The notes beneath the pieces were generated by a model. The model saw nothing but the letters and a program-made list of their open reading frames with translations, was not told the origin of the DNA and made no database searches. Of a stretch of DNA of 64,000 nucleotides, positions 53,131 through 64,000 are shown in pieces. The translations under genes and the position numbers were made by a program. The number at the start of each line of letters is the position of its first letter. The first letter of the stretch is position 1. The stretch comes from Tubiluchus corallicola (lineage: Eukaryota > Animalia > Priapulida), in assembly GCA_030141605.1 (NCBI GenBank), contig JAQGDQ010000582.1:62001-126000 (forward strand). The letters run 5' to 3'.

Positions 53131-53516
53131 AGGCCTGTTCATAGTTACAGCAATTGATGATGATCGTTAAGAATTCAAAGGTTAAGTGTACCAGACAACA
53201 CATTTGTGTACACTTGACAACGCCTCGCAGCCCATGCTGTTGTAATAGTAGCAGCTTTAACAGCTAGCTAGATCCTTATGTAGTTCATTTTTTCTTATTC
53301 CCAAGCAAGATTCTGTTAGTAAATCACTCTACACACAGACTAATGCATTATTAAGTAAAGTCCACCTAAAAACTACTGAAGTTACTGAACTAATGCTTTT
53401 GCATTACCTACATGTCACCTACGATTATACTTAAGACACGTTGCTGTGGGACTGGGACACTTAAACTTTGACCTATAGCAACTACGCATGCGCTCTACGA
53501 AACTATGAAAAGGCTT
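53131..53516. mobile_element. ISL2EU-like MITE (family A), in the ABCC 3' region
   Basis: AT|AGGCCTGTTCATAGTT...AACTATGAAAAGGCTT|AT. Confidence 0.8.
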
Positions 53517-54153
53517 ATTAGTAACATAATCTGATGAGTAACTTAACATTTTTCATGATGCAAAATGCCGAAAACAATTTTGGTCCTGAAGGAGTTAAGG
53601 CCTGCTGCTTACTTTGCATAAATAGGCAAATTTTGTTGTTTTATACATTATACAATGATAGAATAATAGTTGTGATACAACTTCGATTATTTACGTGATG
53701 TGACAGTTGTTAGTTTTGTATTAATAGTTGTGATGCAGCTCTGAACGTTAATATTTTAGTAACAATTAGTTTTATATTGAAATTTGTGATGCAGCTGTAA
53801 ACGTTAATATCAGTGTTTAAGTTTAAATAAGTAGGTATAAATAAATAAATACATTAATTGTTTGTTTTTGTTGTTTACTCTTGTAAATGATTTCTCTATA
53901 ATCTAAAAAGTTTCACACTGAAAGATCGGAAAGAAATAGGTTTCAGTACCTACATATGTATAGTATATACATATTGACTGACTAAGTTATAGAATGTTAA
54001 TATATCAGTTTAGTCTTTTATTATCTTTCTATCGTTGTGATATTTTAATGGTTGTAATCGTTCAGAATATTTTTGATGTTTTTTTTATAATTTGTCTGTT
54101 TGTTGCTTATAAATTGTGTAACAGTTTTGCCTAAACGCATGTAGTGTACGTAC

Positions 54154-54512
54154 TAGGGTTGAGCATTCTCTACCAGAAAGCGAATTCAAATCAAATCGAA
54201 TCTGAATCAAATTCGTATTGAGTTTGAAAGATTTTTGGAAAAGTTTTCAAACCACTAGTAAAAAGTGGTCTTACAAAGATCATGCATTACTTGATTTTGT
54301 TTTGCAGTAAAACCACTATTAGTTTGTTAAAAATTTTGTGCAGAAACTGCAGCTAAATTGCACTAATTGCATGCTGTTTCAAACATTTAATGTTAAGAAA
54401 CATATGTGGTTGAAGTGCTGAACTATTTGAATCTGTAATTTTAGGTTGGGGGTCGAATTCGAACTAAAAAAACTTGCTCGGATTCGATTTGAAGATTCGA
54501 TGCTCACTCTTA
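54154..54512. mobile_element. hAT-like MITE with TTCGA subterminal motifs
   Basis: TAGGGTTGAGCAT...ATGCTCACTCTTA; TSD GTACGTAC/GTATGTAC. Confidence 0.75.
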
Positions 54513-54868
54513 GTATGTACATCACAAGCATCGACTACGGTCCCGGTCTTGGTTGAGTCTCTTCATCAAGTAGAAAAATCACACTAAAATAGTGGAAGCA
54601 GGTGTTAGTTTCACGTAATTGTTGCACTGTATTATGTTGTAATTTTATGAGAGATAATTAAAATTGCACCTGCTGTCATTTTGGCTTCTCCTCATTTGTA
54701 GTTGGCTTCATTTTTCTCTCCGAAACTTGGAAATTTCATTATTTTGTAGAGCAGTTTACTAGCTTTTATAAGGACGTCATCTGTTAATACATTGAAATTG
54801 ACGTCATACTGTGAAAAATTGAAATGGTCGGAGATTTATACATTTTAATGCTGAATCTTAGCTATGTT

Positions 54869-55476
54869 AAGGGCCGGCTCTACTACTAGGCAAACTAGGC
54901 AGTTGCCTAGGGTGCCATATTTGGGAGGCGCCAAATCCTGGAAGTGATTCTTTAATATTTAAATTTCGTATATCTAATAACATAGTGTATGTGTGAATTA
55001 GTTGCATTATTTTCCTGTCGAACTCTATGGTTTATCGATTCCAGAAAGTGTTTTCACGTAGCAAACACTTTGCGTTATCTGGTTTCCTAAGATTACGTAA
55101 TTTCTGACATTATGTCACGCAGTTATTACTGACACATTACCTTGCTTTTGCGGTCTTTAGGACGAATTGAAAAAAACTGGCGTTTCGTATAAAGTACTAT
55201 GGAGTCTTAAATCCAATTTCAAATTCAAGCAATCATAAATACAATTTAAAATTTAACCAGTACAAGCTGTTGATTGGTAATTAACTACACTTAATTGGTA
55301 CACATGTGTAGGCCTAGCATATAAGTACCATTGTACTTTATTATAATAGTATACAAGAAAAAGTCAATATTGGATGTGTTGTGGAAACCGTGGGGGACAG
55401 GACAGGGTTGACTATTGAGGAGATTGCGCTAAAAACAGTTTTGCCTAGGTCGTCAAAATACTTAGAACCGCCCCTG
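54869..55476. mobile_element. hAT-like MITE with GCCTAGG motifs
   Basis: AAGGGCCGGCTCTA...TAGAACCGCCCCTG; degenerate TSD GCTATGTT/ACTACGTT. Confidence 0.65.
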
Positions 55477-57531
55477 ACTACGTTCTCTTTGTACATCCAA
55501 TGTTCCAGTAAAGAGAAGCAGTTTGGGTCAGTACAGCAGCCATAACCACCTACCACCCAAAGCAGTTCCTCCCACATTTACTCATCGAATTTCTTGATCA
55601 TGCTCTGACGTCGCTTAATTTGCTGCAAATATTTCTGGTCAAAAGCCAAATTTCTCTGCAATTGACATGTAGGTTAGACAAAATGTTTACTGTGTTAGGC
55701 TATCAACTTCATGGGACTTTTTCGTGTTTGGAAACAACAGAGATTGTCAACACACCGCAAACAATTTTTTACTGCAGTTTGTTTACCTAACATTGTCAAT
55801 GGAAATACATATATGTTCATGACACTATTACCAAAAAAATTAACAATGTTAATAATTCGATAGATACGCAATGCCTCCAATAAAAAGAGATGCAGCCATA
55901 TGGCTATAATTAAGAGTACTTTTTAAATTATTTGTCATTTACATTGAGAATAATTTAAAATTTATTCTGTTACAGTTGTAATAGAAGTTTAATTAACAAA
56001 ATTAAATTTGAAACTCTTAAAATCACAGCAATTGTTCGTGTGGGTTCCCAAAATTCTATAAAATTTGTTTATGATGTATGTTGCATAGATTTGTTGCAAA
56101 TTATGGGGCAATTGCTTTGATTAACAAAAACATTTAGATACCTTTTTTCTAGTAAATTTTGTAGTTTCTGTTAACATTACTAATTAAATACTTAACAGGT
56201 CAAACTACTTAAAAAGCTTGAAATTTCGTAATATTGATATTTAATTTGGAATCATTTACTTTTAGACAACTAAGTAAGTGGCAGGTGATTTATATAAAGA
56301 GAAAATGAAAATTAAATATTTTCTCATCTTAAGTATTTATGTAGTTTAGCAACGCAAACAGGTCTGTGTCTATAGTAGTCATACATTTGCCTGCTTTGGT
56401 AGTACACCACAAACTGTTGCCGCGAATGCACGCTGCTGTAACATACCACAAACGGTTAGTGCGCGAGTTAGTACACCACAAACGATTGCTGCTCAAACGC
56501 ACGCTTTGGTAGCACGCAACAAGCTGTTTACTACAGAAACAGTGGGGTATAAATAGCAGCTGGAATGTAGCAGGAATCGTGTAGAAAGAAAGGAGAGAAG
56601 GTTAGCACTCCCCTTGATAAGGACGGAACAGGGCATTTGCCCTCTAACACACATACGGTTAAGGCCTGCTGCTTACTTTGCAGCACTTGACCATATTTTT
56701 CAGTAAAAGCATTTTCGAAATTTAGTTATAAATGCGTTGTCATTTATTAGGTGTGTAGCACACTGAAGATCAGGAGTTCAAACCGTGATTAGTGATTTTT
56801 TTCCTGTTAGCACAATTTTTGTCGTGAATAGTTTTTTCTTTTAAAGGTTCTTAAGCAATTCTTGTAAAAATATATGTGCAAGAAAATAAAAAACAATTTT
56901 GAAAAATAAAAAACCGTTAATTTAACGGTACAGGATGTTCCAAAAACGTCTTCCGAAGGCCGCTGTACAGAAAGATATTGAGTGTTAAAGAGCCAAAAAA
57001 TTGAAATCAGGATCTATATAATTTAGGCTTACTAAACTCAATGACTTCTAATTTTTTTACAAACGTTTGTAAAATTATGGACAAATCGCTTGAAAATCAT
57101 AAGACCTTTTCACACTAATTGGTAAGTCATGTCACAATTTAATGAAAGAGTGTTCATGGAAGCTAGAACCATTATTAAAGAGGCCATGAAAAGGAAATAA
57201 ATAAAACGCAAAAAATTTGTTTCCACGTGGGTTCTGTATAACCTAGATGCAAAAAATCTGAAATCATAGTCATTTTAATCATTTTCAAAATCTTGTAGTC
57301 TAAAATTCTTTTACAAACTTTCAAATATCGACATTTAAATAGAACGAATTATTTAATATTTAATACTTTTTATTTGGAAATAAAGACACCTAACAATTAT
57401 AAAGAGCTACAATTTATTTAATACAGAATTATTTAACATGTCTCGTATTTTTTCACACGACGAATATTATTAGTACAGTATATATTAAATTTCAGCACAA
57501 AAATGTTTGTTAACGACACAAATTTCTTTAA

Positions 57532-58137
57532 AGGAAGACAGGATGATTTTTCATATACTAGTCCATTTTCAAGTACGGTAAAAAGTAAACCTTTTAGCAC
57601 AATTAATACTGCAAAAGCGTTTTTGATAATTCAATAATAGATTAAAAACTTAATTAACGGTGGGCGAGTCCAACTATTGATGACATCACTAACTAACATA
57701 ATTTTTAACAGCGAAAAAATATTCCACGAGCGTGTTGCACGTGTTTGGGAAAGCGAAAATTAAAGCACAATGATGCTGTAAGATATTCCGTGTGTTGTAT
57801 TAAAACTAGGCATGTTTTAAGATGAAAATTCAAATTTCAAATTTACCGCTGTGCTCAGGCGTGAGCTACCGAATGTGTGCAGTTCGTAACAAACTAGCAC
57901 ATATTAATTGAGAGGTGCAGCGCCTGCTTTATGTGCAATGGTTTTCGAAATGCAGACGCTAGTGCCGTCTAACCAGCGAAAAGCGAAATGCATGTAACAG
58001 TGAAAAACTAATGGCGCGAACTTGAAATTGTGTTGTGTGGTAATAATTCTTTCACGTAAGTCAATTTTGAAAAAAATAGTATGTTACCACCTTTCAATTG
58101 TTTTGACCTACAGTTTAAGACTGGGTCCGGTTTTGCT
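57532..58137. mobile_element. Kolobok-like MITE
   Basis: TTAA|AGGAAGACAGG...CCGGTTTTGCT|TTAT; four copies in the window. Confidence 0.7.
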
Positions 58138-58411
58138 TTATTTCAGTTTACCAATTTATTTTACCAGTTTATCAGTAAACTATAAATTATACTGCTTTTT
58201 AAGGAAACGGTAATGTCGGAAAACTAATCTAATCAGTTCAAGTCCCAACTGGTATGTTTTGCTACACCTTTACGAACTCCTCCTGTGTTAAAAAAACTTT
58301 TTAATATTTCATCTAAATTAAATTTATGACGTAAATATCTTAGTTTGTTTATATCTCACGCATGAAATTACGTGCTTAAACGAAAAGATGCTATTTACTG
58401 ATTATAATGCT

Positions 58412-59488
58412 TCACTCATTTATTATCTCTGCATCCCAGTTCAGTTTTTTAGGCTTTTCTGGAAACACTGTGTAAGCATCATTCCACGTATCAAGCAGTT
58501 TACCTCCACACTTGGCACTTTTTTTACTTGATTTACCTGTATGCATTCCCGGTTCACAAAAGTTAGTAATTAATGTTTCGTTTTTACCGCTAATGTTATT
58601 ATAAAGTGTATACATGTGATTTTCGTTAAAGTAATAACCTGTGAATGTATCACTGGCAATTGTCAGTGACCGCCTTCCAAATAATTTAATATACTTGTTG
58701 AGGATCAGATACTTTTCGCCTCGAATGTACGGGCGAAATGAGGAGTCCTCCAATTTCTCAAATGCCCATTGGAGAAATTTCGTCCACACGTGTGGCATGG
58801 GAGCCAAGCCAAATACTCCTACAAGTGGATTTAGGTAAACTGTGTCATTACATTTTGGACACAACGGCATTTTGCGTTGAAGACGACCTCTGTCCGTTCT
58901 TCCAACCAAGGATCCAGTCGTGAGTGTTACAGCACCTACTTCCGGATTATCCTTGTAAAAGAGAAGGGCGGCTTTTATCCATCTGTAATAGAACCTAGAT
59001 GGCGCTGTGTCATCTTCGAACACAATGCCATAGTGTCCTGGTTTTTCTGAAGGTATCCAACAAGTAAACCATTGCATATGAACCCCTTTATTGCGGTCAT
59101 TGACTACGACTTCCTTTTTACCATAGGGCCACTCGAATGAGTTAGCAATATCAACAGTTTCCTTGGATATTTCTTTTTTCCTATCAATACAAATCTTTAA
59201 CTGCACAATATCACCGTCATATTCTGCAGCGGCCAACGCGTTTAGCAGTCTTTCCAATGACCAAGGTCTATTCATCGTCAATACGGCGATCTCCAGATGG
59301 AATGGCTCATCTTTTGTGACGGCACCTGGTGTGGCGAGGATTGAACTTGACCGTTTTGCGTCATCATCAAACGTTTGCCGTTTGTTCTCAGATCGATTTA
59401 ACGTTACGTAACTAATGATGACGAACAACAGCACGACGAAGACGTAAACGCGGCGAAAAATGCCTTTTCTATGTTCACAAATTATCAT
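58412..59488 (-). CDS. Type II membrane GT-A-fold glycosyltransferase-like protein, uninterrupted CDS (358 aa)
   Basis: ATG in good context (GCGCCATGA). Short basic tail plus TM helix (RRVYVFVVLLFVIISYVTL), stem, then IAVLTMNRPWSLERLL, ICID, FEWPYG, QWFTCW, IVFEDD (DxD-like), and a C-terminal EPGMH. Confidence 0.8.
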   Translation of the reverse strand: MIICEHRKGIFRRVYVFVVLLFVIISYVTLNRSENKRQTFDDDAKRSSSILATPGAVTKDEPFHLEIAVLTMNRPWSLERLLNALAAAEYDGDIVQLKICIDRKKEISKETVDIANSFEWPYGKKEVVVNDRNKGVHMQWFTCWIPSEKPGHYGIVFEDDTAPSRFYYRWIKAALLFYKDNPEVGAVTLTTGSLVGRTDRGRLQRKMPLCPKCNDTVYLNPLVGVFGLAPMPHVWTKFLQWAFEKLEDSSFRPYIRGEKYLILNKYIKLFGRRSLTIASDTFTGYYFNENHMYTLYNNISGKNETLITNFCEPGMHTGKSSKKSAKCGGKLLDTWNDAYTVFPEKPKKLNWDAEIINE

Positions 59489-59644
59489 GGCGCTTTTTAA
59501 CACGATCAGCTACTCAGAACAGTTAAAATAAAACAGAAGACTGCAGCACTTAACACAGTACTTATACTCAGGTCATTGTTATACGGACTGTGACCTTAAT
59601 ACAAGCCCTGCTACGCACGACGACTATAAATTACTTAGCTTACA

Positions 59645-59844
59645 TACCTATTTGTTTGGAGTTGTTGTATTTTATTTTTGAAATCATGAGTTATTCAGCA
59701 GATAAAATGATCATAAAAAATGAAGTAACACTGAATCTGATAATCTTATCAGATTCAGTGTTACTTCATTTTTTATGATCATTTTATCTGCTGAATAATT
59801 CATGATTTCAAAAATAAAATACAACAACTCCAAACAAATAGGTA
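59645..59844. repeat. Palindrome 1: 99-bp arms, 1 mismatch, 2-nt spacer (TC)
   Basis: 59645-59743 is the reverse complement of 59746-59844 except CATGAGTT vs CATGAATT. Confidence 0.97.
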
Positions 59845-60057
59845 AAATTTATACGTGAACAATTTATATGCATAGGAGCTAGTAGAAACGCCAAACTTAG
59901 CATGTAAATATGCCAAACAAGATAGATGACTCAATTTTAATCAAAAGGTACCTTTTGATTAAAATTGAGTCATCTATCTTGTTTGGCATATTTACATGCT
60001 AAGTTTGGCGTTTCTACTAGCTCCTATGCATATAAATTGTTCACGTATAAATTTTAC
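59842..60057. repeat. Palindrome 2: perfect 108-bp arms, no spacer (centre GGT|ACC)
   Basis: 59842-59949 is the exact reverse complement of 59950-60057. Confidence 0.97.
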
Positions 60058-60289
60058 GCACTCTTTCTTAAGGGCGGCTCTAAACACGGATACTTGGTAT
60101 TTATTACTTTATTTTATATAATATTTACTATATTCATTATTTAATACTTTTTGTATTAACTTTATTAAATGACTATGACAACAGCATTTATTCAAATCAT
60201 TATTGTAAATAAAATGGCCAAATGTTATAAGTGACAAAGATTGGTACGACAAAGTCAAGGGAGAAAAATGGAGCAGGACGATAAAACGT

Positions 60290-61230
60290 AGAAGGTTTAA
60301 CTAGGTTCATCGCTCTGAAGTCTAGCGCCCCACGAATAACATTAAGTGTCCTGTTTGCGCGAGTGTCAGTTTCTGGTGAGCGGTCACTCCAACGAAGATT
60401 GGTGATGATGGTAGTGCCCAGATTTGGACGCGAAGAAACATGCTCTAGGATTTTGTCGCCCATGCTGTGAGGAAAGTAATTTGGATTTGGAAAATAATTT
60501 GGAAAGTAATCGTGAGCGAATGGTCGGATATTTGATGATATGTTGTCATCGATGTCATTTATATAGGAGAGGAATAAAGCCGGTCCAACAACTGAGCATT
60601 GTGGGTCTCCTGATGAAACATTTATGGGTTTGGAATGAATGCCATTGATGGAGACCTTCTGCGACCGCTCAGAGGGAAAAGATTTGACCCATTGTAGCAT
60701 ATGACCTCTGATACCATAGAATACGAGCTTAGCTATAAGAAGCTGATGTGGGACCCGGTCGAAAGCTTTGCCGAAATCAAGCAGTACACTATATCAACCT
60801 GACAGACTTTATTGCTTTATTTGTCATTTGAAGCTAATGTCCAGTCGTGTACGGATTCTATCAGCTGAATTGAACATGAAAAACACGAACGAAAACCGTG
60901 TTGGATGCCCTTAATACTGCTATAATTGTCAAGATGTGTGTTGACATGTAAGAGGCAGATATGCTCCATTATTTTACAGGCTATGCATGTCTTGAGATAG
61001 GATCTGTAGTTTAAAGCTGAAGAAGTAGATCCTTTTTGTGTTTAGCAGTAGTTTAGTAGTTTAGTGTTTAGTAGTAACTGTCAGCCTTGGCTTTGTTGGA
61101 GACATAGATGTTGCTTTGGTCGATGAGACTTGGGATACCCGTGTGTTCAGTATTCGTGATCTTTACAAAGCTCAAAAAACATTTTGGATTTTCTGCTAGT
61201 GATCCACCAATGACGTCATTAATGTATTCA
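60290..61230 (-). mobile_element. Degraded LINE RT fragment (CR1/L2-like)
   Basis: Minus strand DFGKAFDRVPH, RSQKVSING, SGDPQCSVVGPALFLSYINDI, ANRTLNVIR; broken frames. Confidence 0.75.
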
Positions 61231-61723
61231 TTATAAATAAACTCAATCAATTAAACTGGATCAGTTAGCAAGCGGTGGCTGCTAAACTAATTTGCATATT
61301 TTGCCCACCGTTGAAAAAACAAAAAAATGAATGTAACAGGAACGAATAACAATGATGAGATTGACAACTGACTGACCAGTGACCGCACATATATAAAGGA
61401 AGGCAACTAACAAACAAACAAAAAACAGGCAAAAAATCAGCAGGTGTACGATCAAGCAAATCGTAACAACAGTTTATGATTATTTTGTATATTCATTAAT
61501 GACAATGTTGACAAATGACAAAAATTACAACAACAAAAACACAATGACGGTGGTAATTATGATGATAAAAATGATGATAGCAATGATGATAATGATGATG
61601 GTGATGGAGATACTTTAGGGATTAAAGCCAATATTCGCACTTTTCAAGTTGATTAAAAACTTTTGATTTTAAATAAAATCTTGGTGTAATCAGGCAGGCA
61701 CCCATCATATTTGATGACTAGCT

Positions 61724-61860
61724 TATCATCATCATCATCATCATCATCATCGTCATCGTTGTTATCATCATCAACATTGTCGTCGTCGTCGTCATCATCA
61801 TCGTCATCGTTATCGTTATCGTAGTAATTGTCGTCGTCATCATCATCATCATCATCATCT
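61724..61860. repeat. (TCA/TCG)n microsatellite
   Basis: Direct reading. Confidence 0.92.
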
Positions 61861-63209
61861 GTTTTCATGCACATGAGTATGCTTCATTTTCATGAGTAAT
61901 ACATTCCTTCAAATTGTAAAAATAAAGTCATCTGATCCAATTCAATCCAATCCAATTTATATAAAGTAATACTTTTGCTTTGTTAGTGAATTGTTGCTAC
62001 GAATGCTCTGTTATGCAATGTTACTTAAACTTGTTCAAAACGAGCCATCAAAATAAAGTTTAAAAAGTCGAAATTTATATCACTTACAAGTAGTGTTATT
62101 TCATACAGAGCATGCGTTAGCAGTAACTCCTGTAAAACTTGCGAAATTAAACTCCCTCGATGACCGTTAACCGCAGCCATTTTAACAGTAAGTCGTTTGT
62201 AGCAAGTTTAGATAAGATTGCATAAGTTTGAAAAATAAACAGAGCATCCGTAGTGCACACTTTGCTAACTAATCAAAAGTATTAATATATTGCCAATAAG
62301 AACAATAACGTGTTTTTTTAGGTGAATCAGTGGCGCACAATGGGATTGTGCTGCAGTGCTGTTTTATCAGCTGGTGGGAACATTTAAATTCCTGCGAATT
62401 TTCTTTTCTAGTTACGCATGTCTTTCAAACCATTTCGCTCCATTTCATAACTCATTAGCTACTCTCACATACATCAATGTATATATTTATCATTATCTTA
62501 TTTATTAATCCTTTAAGATTTCCACGTACAGTTTGGCCTGTCAAGCTATGGTTTTAGGTTCAAACAGTATGCATCAAAACTATTGTTTATATGTTAGCTA
62601 AAAACTCTTTACTTGTATTATCTAGACTATGTTTTATTTATATTTATATTTGTATTTACTTTATCAGAAAATTATTTTCTCTATTTTAGTGATATTATTG
62701 TAAGATGCAGTGTGGAAATAAATAAACTCTTAAACTCTTGTCAATCTGACCTTCCTTGTGACTTTACATCGTTAAGATTTAATGACGGCCCGCTTTTGGT
62801 ACAACCTGTTTTCAAACTCACTATGATTCATAAACGATCCTCCAGGGCATGCGGCCCTTACTATTGAAACTTGTTGCCTTATGAACTAGGAATGTGCATT
62901 AATTTTGGTACTTTTATATCCAAGTTGAAAAGTCACTAGTTCTTAAAACCATAATGCGATTCCTAAAGACTGTTTTAAATCACCTTTGTAATTTCATAGT
63001 TTTACTTGTATAAATCGTACAATTGAAAATTTATTTGAAATGTTTGCATGATTCTTAGAGATGTTTCAGCTTCATAATGAAAGGTTTTTGATATTTCAAT
63101 TTAAATTGAAAACTCACTGGCTTAACGTTTTTATTTTTTTCTTGATGTATATTGCGCCCACTTTTTATAGTTTATAATTTTATGTAAATTTATTATCTTA
63201 ATGTTATGT

Positions 63210-63419
63210 GATGTATTCTTCGCTGGTACCGGCGACAGATACAGTAGGCCTTTTCACTTTTTCAATTTTCGCAGTTGGAGCAATATGTGCGGGTGGTGCC
63301 GCCTCTGTGTTCGTGGAATGATTGCCACGATGTATTTGCAGGAGTTCGAGAACGATAGCCTCCGACAAGTCCTCTGTTGCATAATTGCAGCCAGTAATTG
63401 GGCATTGGACAATTGGCAT
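63210..63419 (-). mobile_element. Truncated LTR-retrotransposon (Gypsy-like) gag N-terminus
   Basis: MPIVQCPITGCNYAT...LLQIHRGNH...KIEKVKRPTVSVAGTSEE resembles, from recall, gag N-termini of marine invertebrate Gypsy elements; truncated. Confidence 0.55.
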
Positions 63420-63691
63420 TCTCCCGCCTGATCAAAAATAACTTTGGAAGTTTTTGCTCAATCAAAGTGGTTTATTTATGATATTGCAGCAATGATCAGG
63501 CTGAAACAACAACAACAAAATAATTACATGTAATACTGCATAGAGCGTAAGTACAAATATAAATGTTTCGAATGATACTAATTTAAGAATTGTTCCTTTA
63601 ATCACAAAAGTAAAACTGCAAATAATATACCGTTTTAAATGTTAAACATCTGCTTGACACTGCATTAAGTTCTTATTGTTAAATGTGTTAA

Positions 63692-64000
63692 ATCATCATC
63701 ATCATCCAATGAATCACACGTCCAGTGACATGATTCTGCTCACCTCCCTATGCCAGGACTCACTGCTCGCCGCAATGCCCCAAGTACATTTATTTCTAAG
63801 GATCAATGCTGAAGTGTTTAAATTTTTCTGTGCAAATTCTAAATATGTTAACATTTGTCCTCCTGCAGGTTTGTTAGCTGGTTCTATGGCTTGATGAAGA
63901 GCTACCTTCACCGGAATATCATCAGGTAGTCTAAGCATATGCCCAATCCATCTTAAACGGCGTCTTTTTATTTTTCTTGTCCAAGATTCTTCTTTTATTT
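63692..64000 (-). mobile_element. RTE-like LINE 3' end
   Basis: Minus strand KRRLRWIGHMLRLPDDIPVKVAL...W..AA.S.ESW, followed by a short (GAT)n tail. Confidence 0.7.

Noticed and set aside
59600-60100. Parvovirus/AAV-type T-shaped ITR (A-B-B'-C-C'-A')
   Set aside because: The flanks outside the two palindromes are not complementary to each other and there is no rep/NS1 ORF nearby.
61653-61874. Poly-Asp ORF
   Set aside because: Translation of a (GAT/GAC)n microsatellite with no splice or domain support.

Overview
Eukaryotic (animal, AT-rich, intron-rich, probably invertebrate) genomic window. It holds (i) the last four exons of a probable espin/forked-like actin-bundling protein gene (+, <1..7563); (ii) a complete 30-coding-exon long-type ABCC/MRP1-like transporter gene (+, 13821..52854). 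The hand-assembled CDS is 4593 nt (1530 aa) with all exon phases consistent, and it includes one GC-AG intron. (iii) A glycosyltransferase-like gene with an uninterrupted CDS (-, 58412..59488). (iv) A near-intact 2.8-kb hAT transposon in ABCC intron 3, degraded LINEs, SINEs and many MITE families (hAT, pogo/Tigger, piggyBac, Kolobok-like, ISL2EU-like). The most striking unexplained structure is at 59645..60057. Two abutting, almost perfect palindromes (X-X'-Y-Y') are bounded by a TAC direct repeat. This is the layout expected if a ~204-bp hairpin-capped (dumbbell) DNA were copied into a 410-bp inverted-dimer circle and integrated by one crossover. It lies ~157 bp upstream of the glycosyltransferase ATG. 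A second theme is minisatellites that multiply the splice sites of ABCC exons, including an array of ratchet-point-like CAG|GTAAGT units. All calls were made by eye; no database searches were run, and family assignments rest on recalled motifs.
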